Positions 35,847-47,257 of a stretch of 56,813 nucleotides of DNA are shown here, piece by piece (within the stretch, counting starts at the first letter, position 1; each line of letters starts with the position of its first letter). Under the pieces are notes generated by a model. The model was not told where the DNA came from. It saw only the letters and a program-made list of their open reading frames with translations, and ran no database searches. Both the position numbers and the translations under genes were made by a program. This stretch comes from Octopus bimaculoides. Lineage: Eukaryota. Location of the stretch: contig NC_068994.1 of the NCBI RefSeq assembly GCF_001194135.2, positions 19,306,770 through 19,363,582 of the forward strand, in the 5' to 3' direction.

Positions 35847-36690
35847 CAATAAAGATTGATTTGGTTTAAAACAAAATACTAGCCATGCACTAAAAAACCC
35901 CAAAAATTTTAGTAGATTTAATGCAAGTACAATGGCTCAATAATAGAAGATATGTCTATAGTGTATAAATGTTAGGGTTTTTTCTTTATATTAGTATTAC
36001 ATATTAAAACTTGATTTAAAATAATATTCAAATACTTTGAATTTTAGCCAGCACTTAAAACAGCTTATTTTGCAATAATTTTATGAAGTACCACAACAGA
36101 AGGGATTGCATTCAGAATTTAAATATTGGTCACATTGGTGAAAACTCCAGCAGCTCTTAATATTAGACCTGCCAGTCAGAGGAAAAGGATTCTCCATAAC
36201 CAGAGTATTCATTATCCCAAAATATATTATTAATGTAATTTTTGATTGAATCATCTTAACATTCCTTGAGCCAAAGAAATAATAAAATGTTATTTTTATA
36301 TATGCTTATCAAAAAAATATTCCACCTGAAACTTATAGAATTTATTTAGACAATTAATGTACAGATAAGTATTGATTGGGCCTATATTGATATTCTGTCA
36401 TTTCTTTTCCTTTTTTTCTTTTTCATAACCATCTTAACTAATGTTTTTTATTTAACTATAGGAACTTCTTGCCTATATCTCAATTTTTCAATTCATTTGT
36501 AAATGCATTCCTCTGCTGTTATTGTTTAACTCTATGTTCATCCAGATGAAAGATATTCCAGCCATGACCATCCCATTTTTTAAAGGCATACAGAAGTACA
36601 TTGTTTAATGTGCCTTTTCTTTAATGTAAGGTAGCAGAATGTAATTTAAGGGAGATCAAGCCACTATTGAAGTAACCACTTAGGGGTTAC

Positions 36691-36776
36691 CTTGTTGGCC
36701 CAAAATATTTTCTGTACACTCCATAGGTAGATGTTTCCATTTCATAGAAAATAATTCTGTATCAGTATATTTATTT
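36691..36776 (-). CDS. Candidate 86-nt exon (NKYTDTELFSMKWKHLPMECTENILGQQ), phase 2 to 1
   Basis: Acceptor tgtgtcatcTAG, donor AAG|GTAACC, open frame; joins 35707-35758 in frame. Confidence 0.28.
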
Positions 36777-38041
36777 CTAGATGACACATTGTAAGTTAAA
36801 CTGACAGAAACTACTATACTAGAAGTATTAGAGAGAATGCAGCACCAAATTTTGAAACAGATTAGTAACAATAATATTTCTCTATTATAGTTTATCTTGG
36901 AACATTTAAACTGAGAACTAGTGCAGCAATGTTTACCATGAATGACTAACAATTCAACTCATTATTCAAGCTAAATCAAGTGGAAAGCAGAAATGTTAAT
37001 GCAGATCTGGAGATTATAAACATTCCTATGTCCAAGACCATCACTGACTATTGAAACTAAAAACTGATGCCAGACAAACTAAACATAACAGTAACAGTTA
37101 TATCTATGTGATATAACTGTTTAAAAGTAACATATTTCTTTAAGTAAGAATAATATCTCTTATCTCTATAAAGCACTAATAGGAACTCAGTTATTTTTAC
37201 ACTGATCCCCGTTCATGACAAACCCATCTGAAAGTTGAGCAGATGACCAATAGCATGGTGTGTTTCTTAACATCTTCACCTCTGAAGTATACAATACTGA
37301 ATCATACAAGTGGTTCACTCTTATTTATGTTGCTGCTATATAGGCAAACAACACTGTTTATGACACCTGAAGGGAATCGTATACCATTCACCAGCTGGGA
37401 GACTGTTTAACCACCACTGAACATTTGTAAGTCAAACATCAGTAAAACAAAAAAATGCCTTCATGAATCACATAGCATGGTCTCTTCCCTTGAAATATTA
37501 AACCATGCCTTCTAGTATAAAGACAAAAAGTCCCTTACACACCACTCCTCAGCACTAACCCAGCACTTGTATTGATAAAGTGATTCACTTACAACCGGTT
37601 TTCACTTCAAAATCCACTTAGACAACAAAACAACATACTACATCTTTATTCCACTACACTCATATACATATGTACATGTGTATACACACACACACACAGA
37701 AGCATACATAGACACAGACACACATGCATACATACATACACATGTAAAAATACAGAGCCAACCATATGTATCAAAATGTTTAAATTACTGACAAATCAGA
37801 AGTTTTTGTTTTCATACTTAGCTATGGGGGATCCATAGATTTTTAAGGGTCATTGCTTGTATAAACCAATAAACTAATTAAAATTCGATACATCAAATAG
37901 TCATAAACTGCTGTCATGTTTACACAGTCACACACTAGGCAGAAAGAAAGAGAGATTGGCATTCTCATCAGTAAATACTTGCTCTATTCTTAAATGACCA
38001 TTGTTAAACTGTACTTAAATCACTTATTGTAAGGTGCTTTA

Positions 38042-38258
38042 TTAACCCTTCAGCATTCAGATTAGCTTGTCAAATGAAATGCTTATTTATTTACATTGTT
38101 TTGAATTAGTCATGCATTATGCCGTAGCTTTGAAATTTCGTTTATGGGATTACGGGATTGTTTAGCATAGGTGCAAGCGACTGTATTTGGCCAGTTTGAA
38201 CATAAAACAAATAGAATATTATGGCTGGATGTGGCCAGTTTCAATGCTAGAGGGTTAA
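38042..38258 (-). mobile_element. piggyBac-like MITE, copy 2
   Basis: TTAAccctt...agggTTAA; reverse complement of the 1989 and 48540 copies. Confidence 0.8.
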
Positions 38259-38322
38259 AACAAGTAGACTGATTTGAGAAGTTTGGTTATGCAAAACAAC
38301 TAACACATCAGTGTTATTTAAT

Positions 38323-39120
38323 CAGACATGGCTGTATGGTTAAGAAACTTGCTTCGTAATTGCATGGTTTAAAGTTCAGTTCCATAGTGTGCCACCTTCT
38401 GTAAGTATCCTCTACAACAGATCCAGGCTAACCAATGCCTTGTGAGTCAATTCGGTAGATGAAAACTGTCTGGAAGTCCATTGTGTGTGTGTGTGTGTGC
38501 TTCACCCCAACCACTGTTGGTTTGAATATAACCCTGTAACTTAGCAGTTTAGCATAGAATACCAACAGAATAAGCACCAGACTTAAATATATATAAAAAA
38601 AAACATAAATACTTGGGTTGATTTGTTTGACAAAAACCCTTCAAGGCAGTGCCCCAGTATGGCTACAATCCATTGACTGAAACAAGTAAAAGATACAAAA
38701 TAGACAGGCATGGCTGTGTGGTAAGAAGCTTGTTTCCCAGCCCCATGGTTCCAGGTTCAGTTCCACTGTGTGGTACCTTAGACAAAGCCTTGTGAATGCA
38801 TTCGGTAAACGGAAACTGAAAAAGAAGCCTGTCATATATATATATATATATATACATACACACACACACACATATATACTATACACACACACACACACAC
38901 ACATATATGTATGTATATATTTATGTGCCTTTGTGTATGTGTTTGTTCTCTCCCACTCACTTGACAACTGACGGTGTATTTATGTCCCTGCAACTTAGCA
39001 GTTTGGCAAAGAGTCTGAGAGTACCACGCTTACAAAGAATAAGGTTGATTTCTTCGACTCAGAGGCAGTATTCCAGCATGGCCACAGTCAAATGGCTGAA
39101 ACAAGTAAAAGAATAAAAGA
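38323..39120 (+). mobile_element. Two tandem near-full-length SINE-B copies (38323-38700 and 38705-39120)
   Basis: Each has the head ca(g)gcatggctgtgtggtaagaa...gttcagttcc, an internal (TG)n or (TA)n(CA)n tract, and the tail cagcatggc...gactgaaacaagtaaaaga. Confidence 0.9.
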
Positions 39121-39578
39121 CTAACTACCAAAAATTCATCAAATATTTAAAGTGTATGTATCCAGCAATACATCTATGGCAGTTTGTTTATCAGTTTATC
39201 TGATTTCTTAATGTTCATTGGTAATACCTCATAATCCCTCTTAATGTGTTTTGTTGAATGGCCTGTTTATTTGATATATCAGGTTGAACACGTGTACTGA
39301 TTTTCTGAGAATATTTTTGTGTTCTTTGTCATTTTTGTTTTTGCCATGTAGGTTTTTTTTTTTCTTAATATATTCACAAATACTCAGAGCGACTTGTATT
39401 ACTATCTATACATGGCTGCATATGTGTGTGTGTATATCTATGCATGTGTGTGTTTGTATATATATATATATATCATCATATATATATATAAATGATAAAT
39501 ATGTGTATTTATAAATGCATAAGTCTGTATGCATATATAAATACATAAAGTCTATGTGTTTGTGCGTGTGCATATATG

Positions 39579-40262
39579 TCATCATCATCATCATCATCAT
39601 TTAACGTCCACTTTCCATGCTGGCATGGGTAGGACAGTTTGACTGAGGACTGGCGAGCTAGATGGCTGCACCAGGCACCAATCTGATCCGGCAGAGTTTC
39701 TACAGCTGGATGGCCTTCCAACCACTATGAGAGTGTAGTGGGTGCTTTTACGTGCCAGACGGTACTGGCAATGACCATGCACAAATGGTGTTTTTTATGT
39801 GCCACCTGCACAGGAGCCAGTCCAGTGGCACTGGCAACGATCTCGCTCGAATGTCTTTACACATGCCACCGGCACAAGTGCAAGTAAGGCAATGCTGGTA
39901 ACGACCACGCTCGAATGGTGCTTTTTATGTGCCACCAGCACGGGAGCCAGTCAGTAGTCCTGGCAACGATCACACTTGGATGGTGCTCTTAGCGCTCCAC
40001 TAGCACAGATGCCAGTCATGCAGTGCTGTCATCGAATGTGATTTCGATTTCACTTGCCTGAACAGGTCTTCACAAGCAGAGTTTAGTGTCCAATGAAGGA
40101 AAGGTAAGCATAAGCGGGCTGGTTATACCACGGGTTATGGTCTTACTTGGCTTGCCGGGTCTTCTCGAGCACAGCATATTTCCAAAGGTTTTGGTCACTA
40201 GTCATTGCCTCAGTGAGGCCTAATGTTTGAAGGTCATGCTTCACCACCTCATCCCAGGTCTT
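39579..40262 (-). mobile_element. RTE LINE 3' end: ORF C-terminus, long 3' UTR and (GAT)n tail
   Basis: Minus strand KTWDEVVKHDLQTLGLTEAMTSDQNLWKYAVLEKTRQAK*, typical of the RTE W..V..D...L...M..DR..W motif; ends ggacgttaaatgatgatgatg. Confidence 0.88.
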
Positions 40263-40438
40263 ATGTGTTTATCTATATAATTTTAGATATGTGTATAGAC
40301 ACACATGCTTGTGCACACACACACTATGGTTGCAACTTGATTTCAAACAATGCCATTGACTGATTGTTCTCTTGAACCTGAGCAGCACAGATGTAGCAAC
40401 AGTATGTGCCTCTTGGAATAAGGCTTCAGAGCACTTAC

Positions 40439-40531
40439 CAATTACAGACACATGATCCCATTCAGTCATGGAATTCTCAAGCGTTTTGCCTTTCTCAGCC
40501 ATAGCCAGTCATCATATGTAACACAACAGAG
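40439..40531 (-). CDS. Candidate first coding exon: 29-nt 5' UTR plus MAEKGKTLENSMTEWDHVSVI(x), ending in phase 1
   Basis: Strong acceptor cacttgacttttaaCAG, strong donor TTG|GTAAGT, ATG at 40502 in GCTATGG context with two in-frame upstream TGA. Product unknown. Confidence 0.5.
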
Positions 40532-40711
40532 CTGTTAAAAGTCAAGTGATGTCTGTACCTGAAGTTTTCTGAAGTCAGAAAAGGCCTTGCATAGGACTGA
40601 TCCTATTAACAATGTACGCATTTGTTCAAAAAAAAATAATGTAATTGTTTATAGTTGCATGCCTTCTCTATAGTTACATACATACATTTATGGTTATACT
40701 TCTTATTTTTT

Positions 40712-41308
40712 TTACTTGCTTCAGTCATTTAACTGTGGCCATGCTGGAGCATTACCTTTACTCAAGCAAATCAACCCCAGGATTTATTCTATCAGTTTCT
40801 TTTGCTGAACTGCTAAGTTATGGGGACGTAAACACCAGCATCAGTTGTCAAGTGATGGTGGGGAGACAAACACAGACACACAAACATATACACACACATA
40901 CATATACATATATATCGATGCCAGACCCCCTCCCTCACTGACAAGCTCCTGCGCTGGTGGCAGCCACTACACTTTTGGAGTGGTTTGGAGTGGTTTGGAG
41001 TGGTTGGTGTTTGAAAGTGCATCCAGCTGTAGAAACCTTGCCAAATCAGATTGAAGCCTGGCACAGCCTACTGGCTTGCCAGTCCCCAGTCAAACTGTCC
41101 AACCTATGCCAGCATGGAAAACAGACGTTAAATGATGATGATGATGATATATACCACAAGCTTCTTTCAGTTTCCATTTACCAAATCCACTCACAAGGCT
41201 TTGGTCGGCCTGAGGCTATAGTAGCAGACACTTACCCAAGGTGCACGCAGTGGGACTGAACCCAGAATCATGTGGTTGGTAAGCAAGCTATTTACCACAC
41301 AGCCACTC
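40712..41308 (-). mobile_element. SINE-B copy interrupted by an inserted RTE tail
   Basis: 3' half at 40712-40915 and head at 41150-41308, both reverse complements of the 38705 copy, separated by the element at 40921-41148. Confidence 0.85.
40921..41148 (+). mobile_element. 5'-truncated RTE 3'-UTR insertion with (GAT)n tail
   Basis: catccagctgtagaaaccttgccaaatcagatt...catgccagcatggaaaacagacgttaaatgatgatg-like end, the reverse complement of 39585-39740; includes a 10-bp ggagtggttt triplication. Confidence 0.88.
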
Positions 41309-41314
41309 ACAACC

Positions 41315-41470
41315 ATATGGTACCTTGTGGAAATGTCTTCTGCCATTGCCAAGACTGACCAAAGACTCATGAGTAAAATTGGTAGATGGAAACTGAAAAA
41401 AAACAACCAAAAGGCCATTGTGTGTGTGTGTGTGTGTGCGTGTGCACATGTATGTGTGTATGTTTATGCT
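41315..41470 (+). mobile_element. Truncated SINE-B fragment
   Basis: ggtaccttgtggaaatgtcttctgcc...ggtagatggaaactgaaa followed by (TG)n. Confidence 0.65.
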
Positions 41471-42395
41471 TGTGTTTCTTTGAAAATCCCTGATCTGCCA
41501 CTAGTTACAGTGTCATTTCCTCTCTGAAGAAATCATCTTCTAGAAATTGTGCTTTCAAAGATGTAAGGAATAATAAAGAAATCCCTCACTCAAAGAACAG
41601 TTAAGGGCTAGCAAAAACAATATCTCACTAATATGTATGTCTAAACCATGATAGCATTGAAAAAGAGACATAAAAGCACACAAACATACATGTTCCTACA
41701 TACATTAAATTTAAATTGCAATAATAACTAAAACAACATAATTATTAAAATTATGGAAGCCATTCATTAATCTTTATTGTGCTTTATTTTATGAGTGAGT
41801 CATATTAAAGTAAAAACACTCAAAATTCATAAAGAACAACCATGTTGTTGTTGTTATCATTATTAGTGAATAATGTATTTGTTTAATTTCGTTTTGAACC
41901 CAATAATGACATTTAAATGATGATGATGATGATGAGGAGGAGGAGGAGGATTAATGGAACTCAGATGGGCACCTGGAAGTGCAGCAGAATATCACATGAA
42001 ATTGTTAAAAACATGAAAATAATAATAAGTATTATTATTATTATTATAACATCAAGTTTTATTCAGTTGTTTTAAATATGTACTGAGCAAAATTTGTATA
42101 ATGTTTGTTTATGTCTCTCTTTAAAAGCATTAGGAAATCAAAACAATCCTAAATGGCAATCAAAGCTAGCTATTGATTCACTTGCCACACTATAACACAA
42201 TGAACAGTTCTGTAAATGATAATTATATTTTAAATTTGTTACCATGGTAAACATATTTCACTCAGAAATAACCAGATGACATCAATATTGCCAAAGACTT
42301 TATGACAAAAAAATAACAATACCATGATAAAAAAAAAAAGAGAGCAACATATACAGTTTATTTGGTTCAATGATCAGAAATCCAAACTTGTAAAC

Positions 42396-42612
42396 CTGTG
42401 GTTCTCAACCATGTTTTGCCTATGGACTCTTTTGGTTCCTATTTTACTCTACTGGATCTCCATAGCCATTCAATGTATATATATAAAAAAACATCCTATT
42501 ATATTTTTATAAAATATTAATAGGAATTTTTTTAAATGTAAAAGTATACACAATTTATTGAACATAAATTTTAATAACAAAATCCTATATGGACCCTGGT
42601 TGAGAAACATTG
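42396..42612. mobile_element. hAT MITE, same family as 31675-31898
   Basis: ctgtggttctcaaccatgttttgcctatggac ... ggttgagaaacattg. Confidence 0.75.
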
Positions 42613-43180
42613 TTAACAAACAGTTAAACCTTTCTGCAACACAATTCACTTACACTGAAAATGAATTTGTTTGTTTTGAGGATAATTCGCTAATAAAGTC
42701 TTCTTCCAATTCCAGCAGAAAATAAAATAAAAGAAACCTTTCTTCAAGGTCTAAAGTTAAATTAATAGAAATTAAAGAATGGCACTACAAAGAATATGGC
42801 AACAGCTAGTTCAAAGGGGCATTAGTGCTAGCAATATAACACATTGTAAATACCTAATCAATAATCTAATCATAGAGTCTCTCCCAAAGACAGAATTGAT
42901 TTCTTGAACTCATCCCTTCAGTAAATGTAACTTGAAAGCATCTTATGAAATTTTCATTGAAAAAGGTAACTCTGGTTATCACCACTTTCATTTCTGCTAC
43001 CATATCGTTAACTCAGCAGGCATAGAAACACCACTTAGTCACTATTTTTTAAGCAGTGTGAGCAAGCAATATCTACATTTTACTCTGTTGACGTTTATCA
43101 TCTATAAACAACAATGCTTTAACTTTGATTAAATGCAAAAGCCTACACATTTTCTGTTTTTCACTACCACTTGGACATAC

Positions 43181-43198
43181 CTGCTAACTGGTCTTATA
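43181..43198 (-). other. Candidate 18-nt microexon
   Basis: cttttttttatgtaacaagtcatacTAG|TATAAGACCAGTTAGCAG|GTATGT; open only in the phase-2 reading (IRPVS). Confidence 0.2.
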
Positions 43199-43349
43199 CT
43201 AGTATGACTTGTTACATAAAAAAAAGTCTTAGTAACACTGATGGACAAAAAGAAAGTTCAAAATTAGTCTCTGATACTTAACCAGAAAGTTCTCACAAAT
43301 AAGGCATTTCTAGTGTCCAAAAAACTTCCAAAGACATCATTCAGTTTTT

Positions 43350-43660
43350 GTTTTAAACTATTACAGAATGTGACCAGTATGGTTATCCTAGAATCATCCT
43401 ATCTTAAAGACAGGTGGATCTCTTGCCATAGACAATTTTGGTGAAACAAGTGTTATTCACTTTGATATCAGCAAACTTTTTCAATCATATTTAAGTTGCC
43501 TTATAAATTCCAGCTGTCTCTTATCTCTTGGATAATAATTTCTTGTTAGACTATTCCTTAGCAGAATGCACCATGGGGATTATCTCCAATCCACATTCTA
43601 TTGGTTCCACTACTCTTCAGGGTTTAGTTATATTTCCACTTTTTCCAGTACATCAACAGC
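43350..43660 (+). pseudogene. Highly degenerate CR1/Jockey-group RT fragment
   Basis: Remnants DQYGY (compare Q.GFR), AIDNFGETSVIHFDISK (compare LD.SKAFD), and NFLLDYS..NPHSIGSTTLQGLVIFPLF (compare GVPQGSVL.P.LF). Confidence 0.6.
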
Positions 43661-44854
43661 TTTTTTTACTATACAATATTTTTAAAATGTTATATAGTGA
43701 AATGAAAATGTATTTGCTTTTAATGAAGCAAATAAATAAAAAAAAAAAACAATAAAGGATAAACTTCTGGCATTTAAATTGGAAATTCAGTGATTTAAAG
43801 ACAGTCACTACTACATATTACTTCCAATCAGGCCAACATATGACTTTAACCAAAATAGCAATTTTCTGGAATTGCCTCATTGCTCAACTTTTATCTGTAG
43901 ATATTCCAGTTGAATATCAACAATATTGATCTTACCAGTCTCAGAGGATCTGCAAAGCTCATGGTTACTGATCCTCTTCCAGTTTAGCCATAATAAGAAT
44001 TGATTATACCATGGTAACACTAGGTAATAATATGGACTTGATCTTCTACATTTTGGGTAATTTCAATACAGGCTTAACAGTTTTACTACAAAACCATATT
44101 ATGTTTATGATCAACTAAATTATGTTGGAGTGTGAAGGAGAAGAATGTGGTGGAGGTGGTGATGCTGATGATGAAGAAGATGATAACAGCAGTGGCAGAG
44201 GTAAGAACTAAAAGGTTTAATGTGGACTGATTATAGTGGTGAATGGAAGAAATGATTAAGTGGCGAACAAATAAAACTGAATTTGGCTGAGCTTTATAAT
44301 TTTGCTGATGTGATTAAAATCTGTCAGAAAAAACCTGCCATAATAAAACAATGTTCCTGCAATGAACTATTGATTCAGTCTGTTTCGTTTGTAGACTCTA
44401 GAATGGAAAAGTCTAGCACTGTTGGATTCTACAAGGTTTAATCAGTAGAAATACTGAGATGTTGTTGATAAGCATTTCCAAGCCAGTGCCAATTGAGGAG
44501 ACATGATCAAAGGTATTCCAGCCATGACCATCTCGTTAGTTTTAGTTTTATTGTATCTAGGGCTACATCATCAAACGTATCCTTTTAAAAAATTGGCAGT
44601 GTGATTTCAAGGAAAATTTCTTATAAGACAAAAAACTAAGTACAGATGCCCTCATTAGCTCAAATATTAATTACAGTGAAGTAGGATTGTCCATTCTAAA
44701 GAAATATAAATCTGCAATTATTTGTTTAATAAAAGAAGATTGTATGAATATAGTAGCAAAATGGTATTTGACAATGATAAATCTGGAATTAATGGTAATC
44801 TACAGTGGTTAGAGATTTTTTTCAATGAAGGCAATTCTCCGCCTACACCCCATA

Positions 44855-45460
44855 AGCATAGCTACAATTATCTCTACCTACGCCCCACAAGTAGGCCTAC
44901 CAAATGAACAGAAGGATCACTTTTATGATATTCTTCTGTAGGCTACCTCAAAGGCAAGTGATAATGATCTTGTCTTTGAGGCTGGAGATTTTAATGGGCA
45001 TGTGAGACAGCAATCTGGTATCTTCCATGGTGTACATAGGGGCCATGAAGTTGGTACCAGAAATGAAGAAGGAACTAGGCTCCTGGAGTTCTGTGATGCA
45101 AATAACCTATTGATCTGCAACACCAACTTCAGGAAGCCAGACAGTCACCTGATAACCTATCAGTCAGGTGACTCTGCTAGCCAGATCGATTTCATTCTCA
45201 CCAGACAGCAGGATACATGGTTGCTCTTAAATACAAAGACCCTCCCTGGTGAAGAATGTAACCCCAGCATAGAGTAGTTACTAGTGAATTTACACTCAAG
45301 GCCTGAAGGATGCCAAAAACGAGATCGATCTGGAAAAGAAGTACTTGGCAGCTTAGGAACCCTTCACATAGTCAGAGATTTAGGGATATCCTTACCGAGG
45401 AATTTGAGGAAAGAGAGGAGGAGCTACAGTTCAGTGACATAGAAGGCAGCTGGAAATTTA
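44855..45460 (+). pseudogene. RTE LINE AP-endonuclease fragment
   Basis: YAPQVGLPNEQKDHFYDILL*..AGDFNGHV..GTRNEEGTRLLEFCDANNLLICNTNFRKPDSHLITYQSGDSASQIDFIL..QHRVV; canonical endonuclease motifs with stops and a frameshift. Confidence 0.93.
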
Positions 45461-46244
45461 ATGATGGTAAATCATGATCTGAGAGATATTTAGCTGCTAT
45501 TCCTAGGAGGTCAAACAACTGTAAAGATGTTGCCTTGCTGAATTGCAGTTAGTTATACAATCTGCATTAAATATTTGGAGAGAGAAGGAAGAGTATGTAG
45601 TTAGTGTTATAAAGATAACAAAAATCAGAATGTTTAAAATATGCATGAAGTTTCTCAATAACAGACTTAGCAATTTATAATTGCTGAGAAATTCATAAAC
45701 TTAGATGTAGTGACATAGTATTGTGCTATCAAGTCAGCAGATTCTTATATACCACCACTTCCAGCCTAAAGTTTTATAAATTCATTTATAAAATATTGTA
45801 TTTTGACAAACAGGAAAATGTATAGTGACAGTCCTATTGTAAAAAGAAAAACATTGCCATTATCAATTGCATTTGTTTAGTAAATAAAATACCAGCATAT
45901 ATAGTGGATAATTTTTCTCATGGCTGTAGTAAAAATGAATAAACAACTAAACAAAATATAAATAGAATGGAATTCAGAATTCATCATCCTTATCATTTTT
46001 ACATCTGTTTTTTCCATGTTGGTATGGATTGGATAAGACTTCTAGAGGCAGTTTTCCATGGCTAGATACTCTTCCTGACACCAATCCATATTTTCAAGTA
46101 TAGTACTTTATTCCACATATCTTCACAAGTTGAACTGCTAAGCTGCAGGACATATTATGTGAGACAGACAAACATTACCACTGTCCAAATGGAGGTAATG
46201 CAAATATACACACTCACACAAAAGGGTTCCATATAGCTTCCATG

Positions 46245-46380
46245 TACCAGATTTCACTTATAAAGGATTTGTCAACTTGAGGCTATAGTAAAAGACACTT
46301 AACCCAAATTGCAATGCAGTGGGATTGAACCTTGCCAAACCAAAGGTTGCAGAGGGAATTTCTTAAGTACACAGCCATGC
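46245..46380 (-). mobile_element. SINE-B 5' head fragment
   Basis: gaggctatagtaaaagacacttaacccaa...gggattgaacc...acacagccatgcct. Confidence 0.75.
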
Positions 46381-46397
46381 CTATATATGTGTATATA

Positions 46398-46675
46398 CAG
46401 TTCCTGACAACTGGGAAATGCAAGCACAAGACTGCCCAGCCTGGTGTAGCCGCAGCAACCTCCTATGAACAGAACAGGATTGCAGAAGCACAAAGAAAAC
46501 GTGAGCTGCACAAGTCCAGAGCCAACTCTTTACCTTCATTCCCAGGAGACCACTGGTACCTGAACTGCAGCAGAACCTTCCGAGCACACATTGAACTGAT
46601 TGGCCACAGCCAAATGTACTGTGACCCATCTTCTCCTATATGATGTCCTGGTCACTGACGACAATGACAGAAAAT
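46398..46675 (+). pseudogene. BovB-like RTE LINE 3' end
   Basis: PDNWEMQAQD..W / AATSYEQNRIAEAQRKRELHKSR..NCSRTFRAHIELIGHSQ resembles WE..A.DR..W..YE..R...A..KR..RK..C.R.F.A.IGL.SH. Confidence 0.75.
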
Positions 46676-47257
46676 TATTATTACTATTATCATTATCATT
46701 GAGTGATATAGCAATGCATGCCATGAAAGTGAGACAAGTAAAATAATATGAAGCCCAAAGGCTACACCAGGCACATGCATCACAATCATATGTGCACGAC
46801 ATAGTGATCTCATATCAAGATTAACAGCACATAACCTTGCAGGTGGGGGCCCAGTTAGAATTTTCTTCAGGTCAAGTAGTCCATTTTACTCAAAAGGTCT
46901 CTGAATAAGGATGGTTTAAGGATGTTGAACAAAACACATGTTTCCAGTGGTGAATTATTCAAACCCTAAAGAATTCCTCTCAACACATGGCTATGATGCT
47001 CCCCCATTACTTCTGCTTGTGATCAGAGATGCACATATCATCAGCCACCAAGGGACATGTTCAACTGGTTAAGGTCAAACAACTGACAAGCAAATTTGTG
47101 GTATTGAGCAGAATATTTGCTGTAGCCCATCTTTTATACCAAGATAAAATTCCAATCAATTAAGATCAGAAGCCATGAGAGTCAGTGCCTGGAACTGCAT
47201 CAGGGCATAGTGCCTGGAACTGCATCAGGGCATAGTGCCTGGAACTGCATCAGGACA

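Noticed and set aside
38705-38780. SINE heads as tRNA genes
   Set aside because: A/B boxes are present, but there is no complete cloverleaf and the heads continue into SINE bodies.
47184-47255. 25-bp repeats as a CRISPR array
   Set aside because: No spacers, no cas genes, eukaryotic context. The SINE arrays are likewise not CRISPR.
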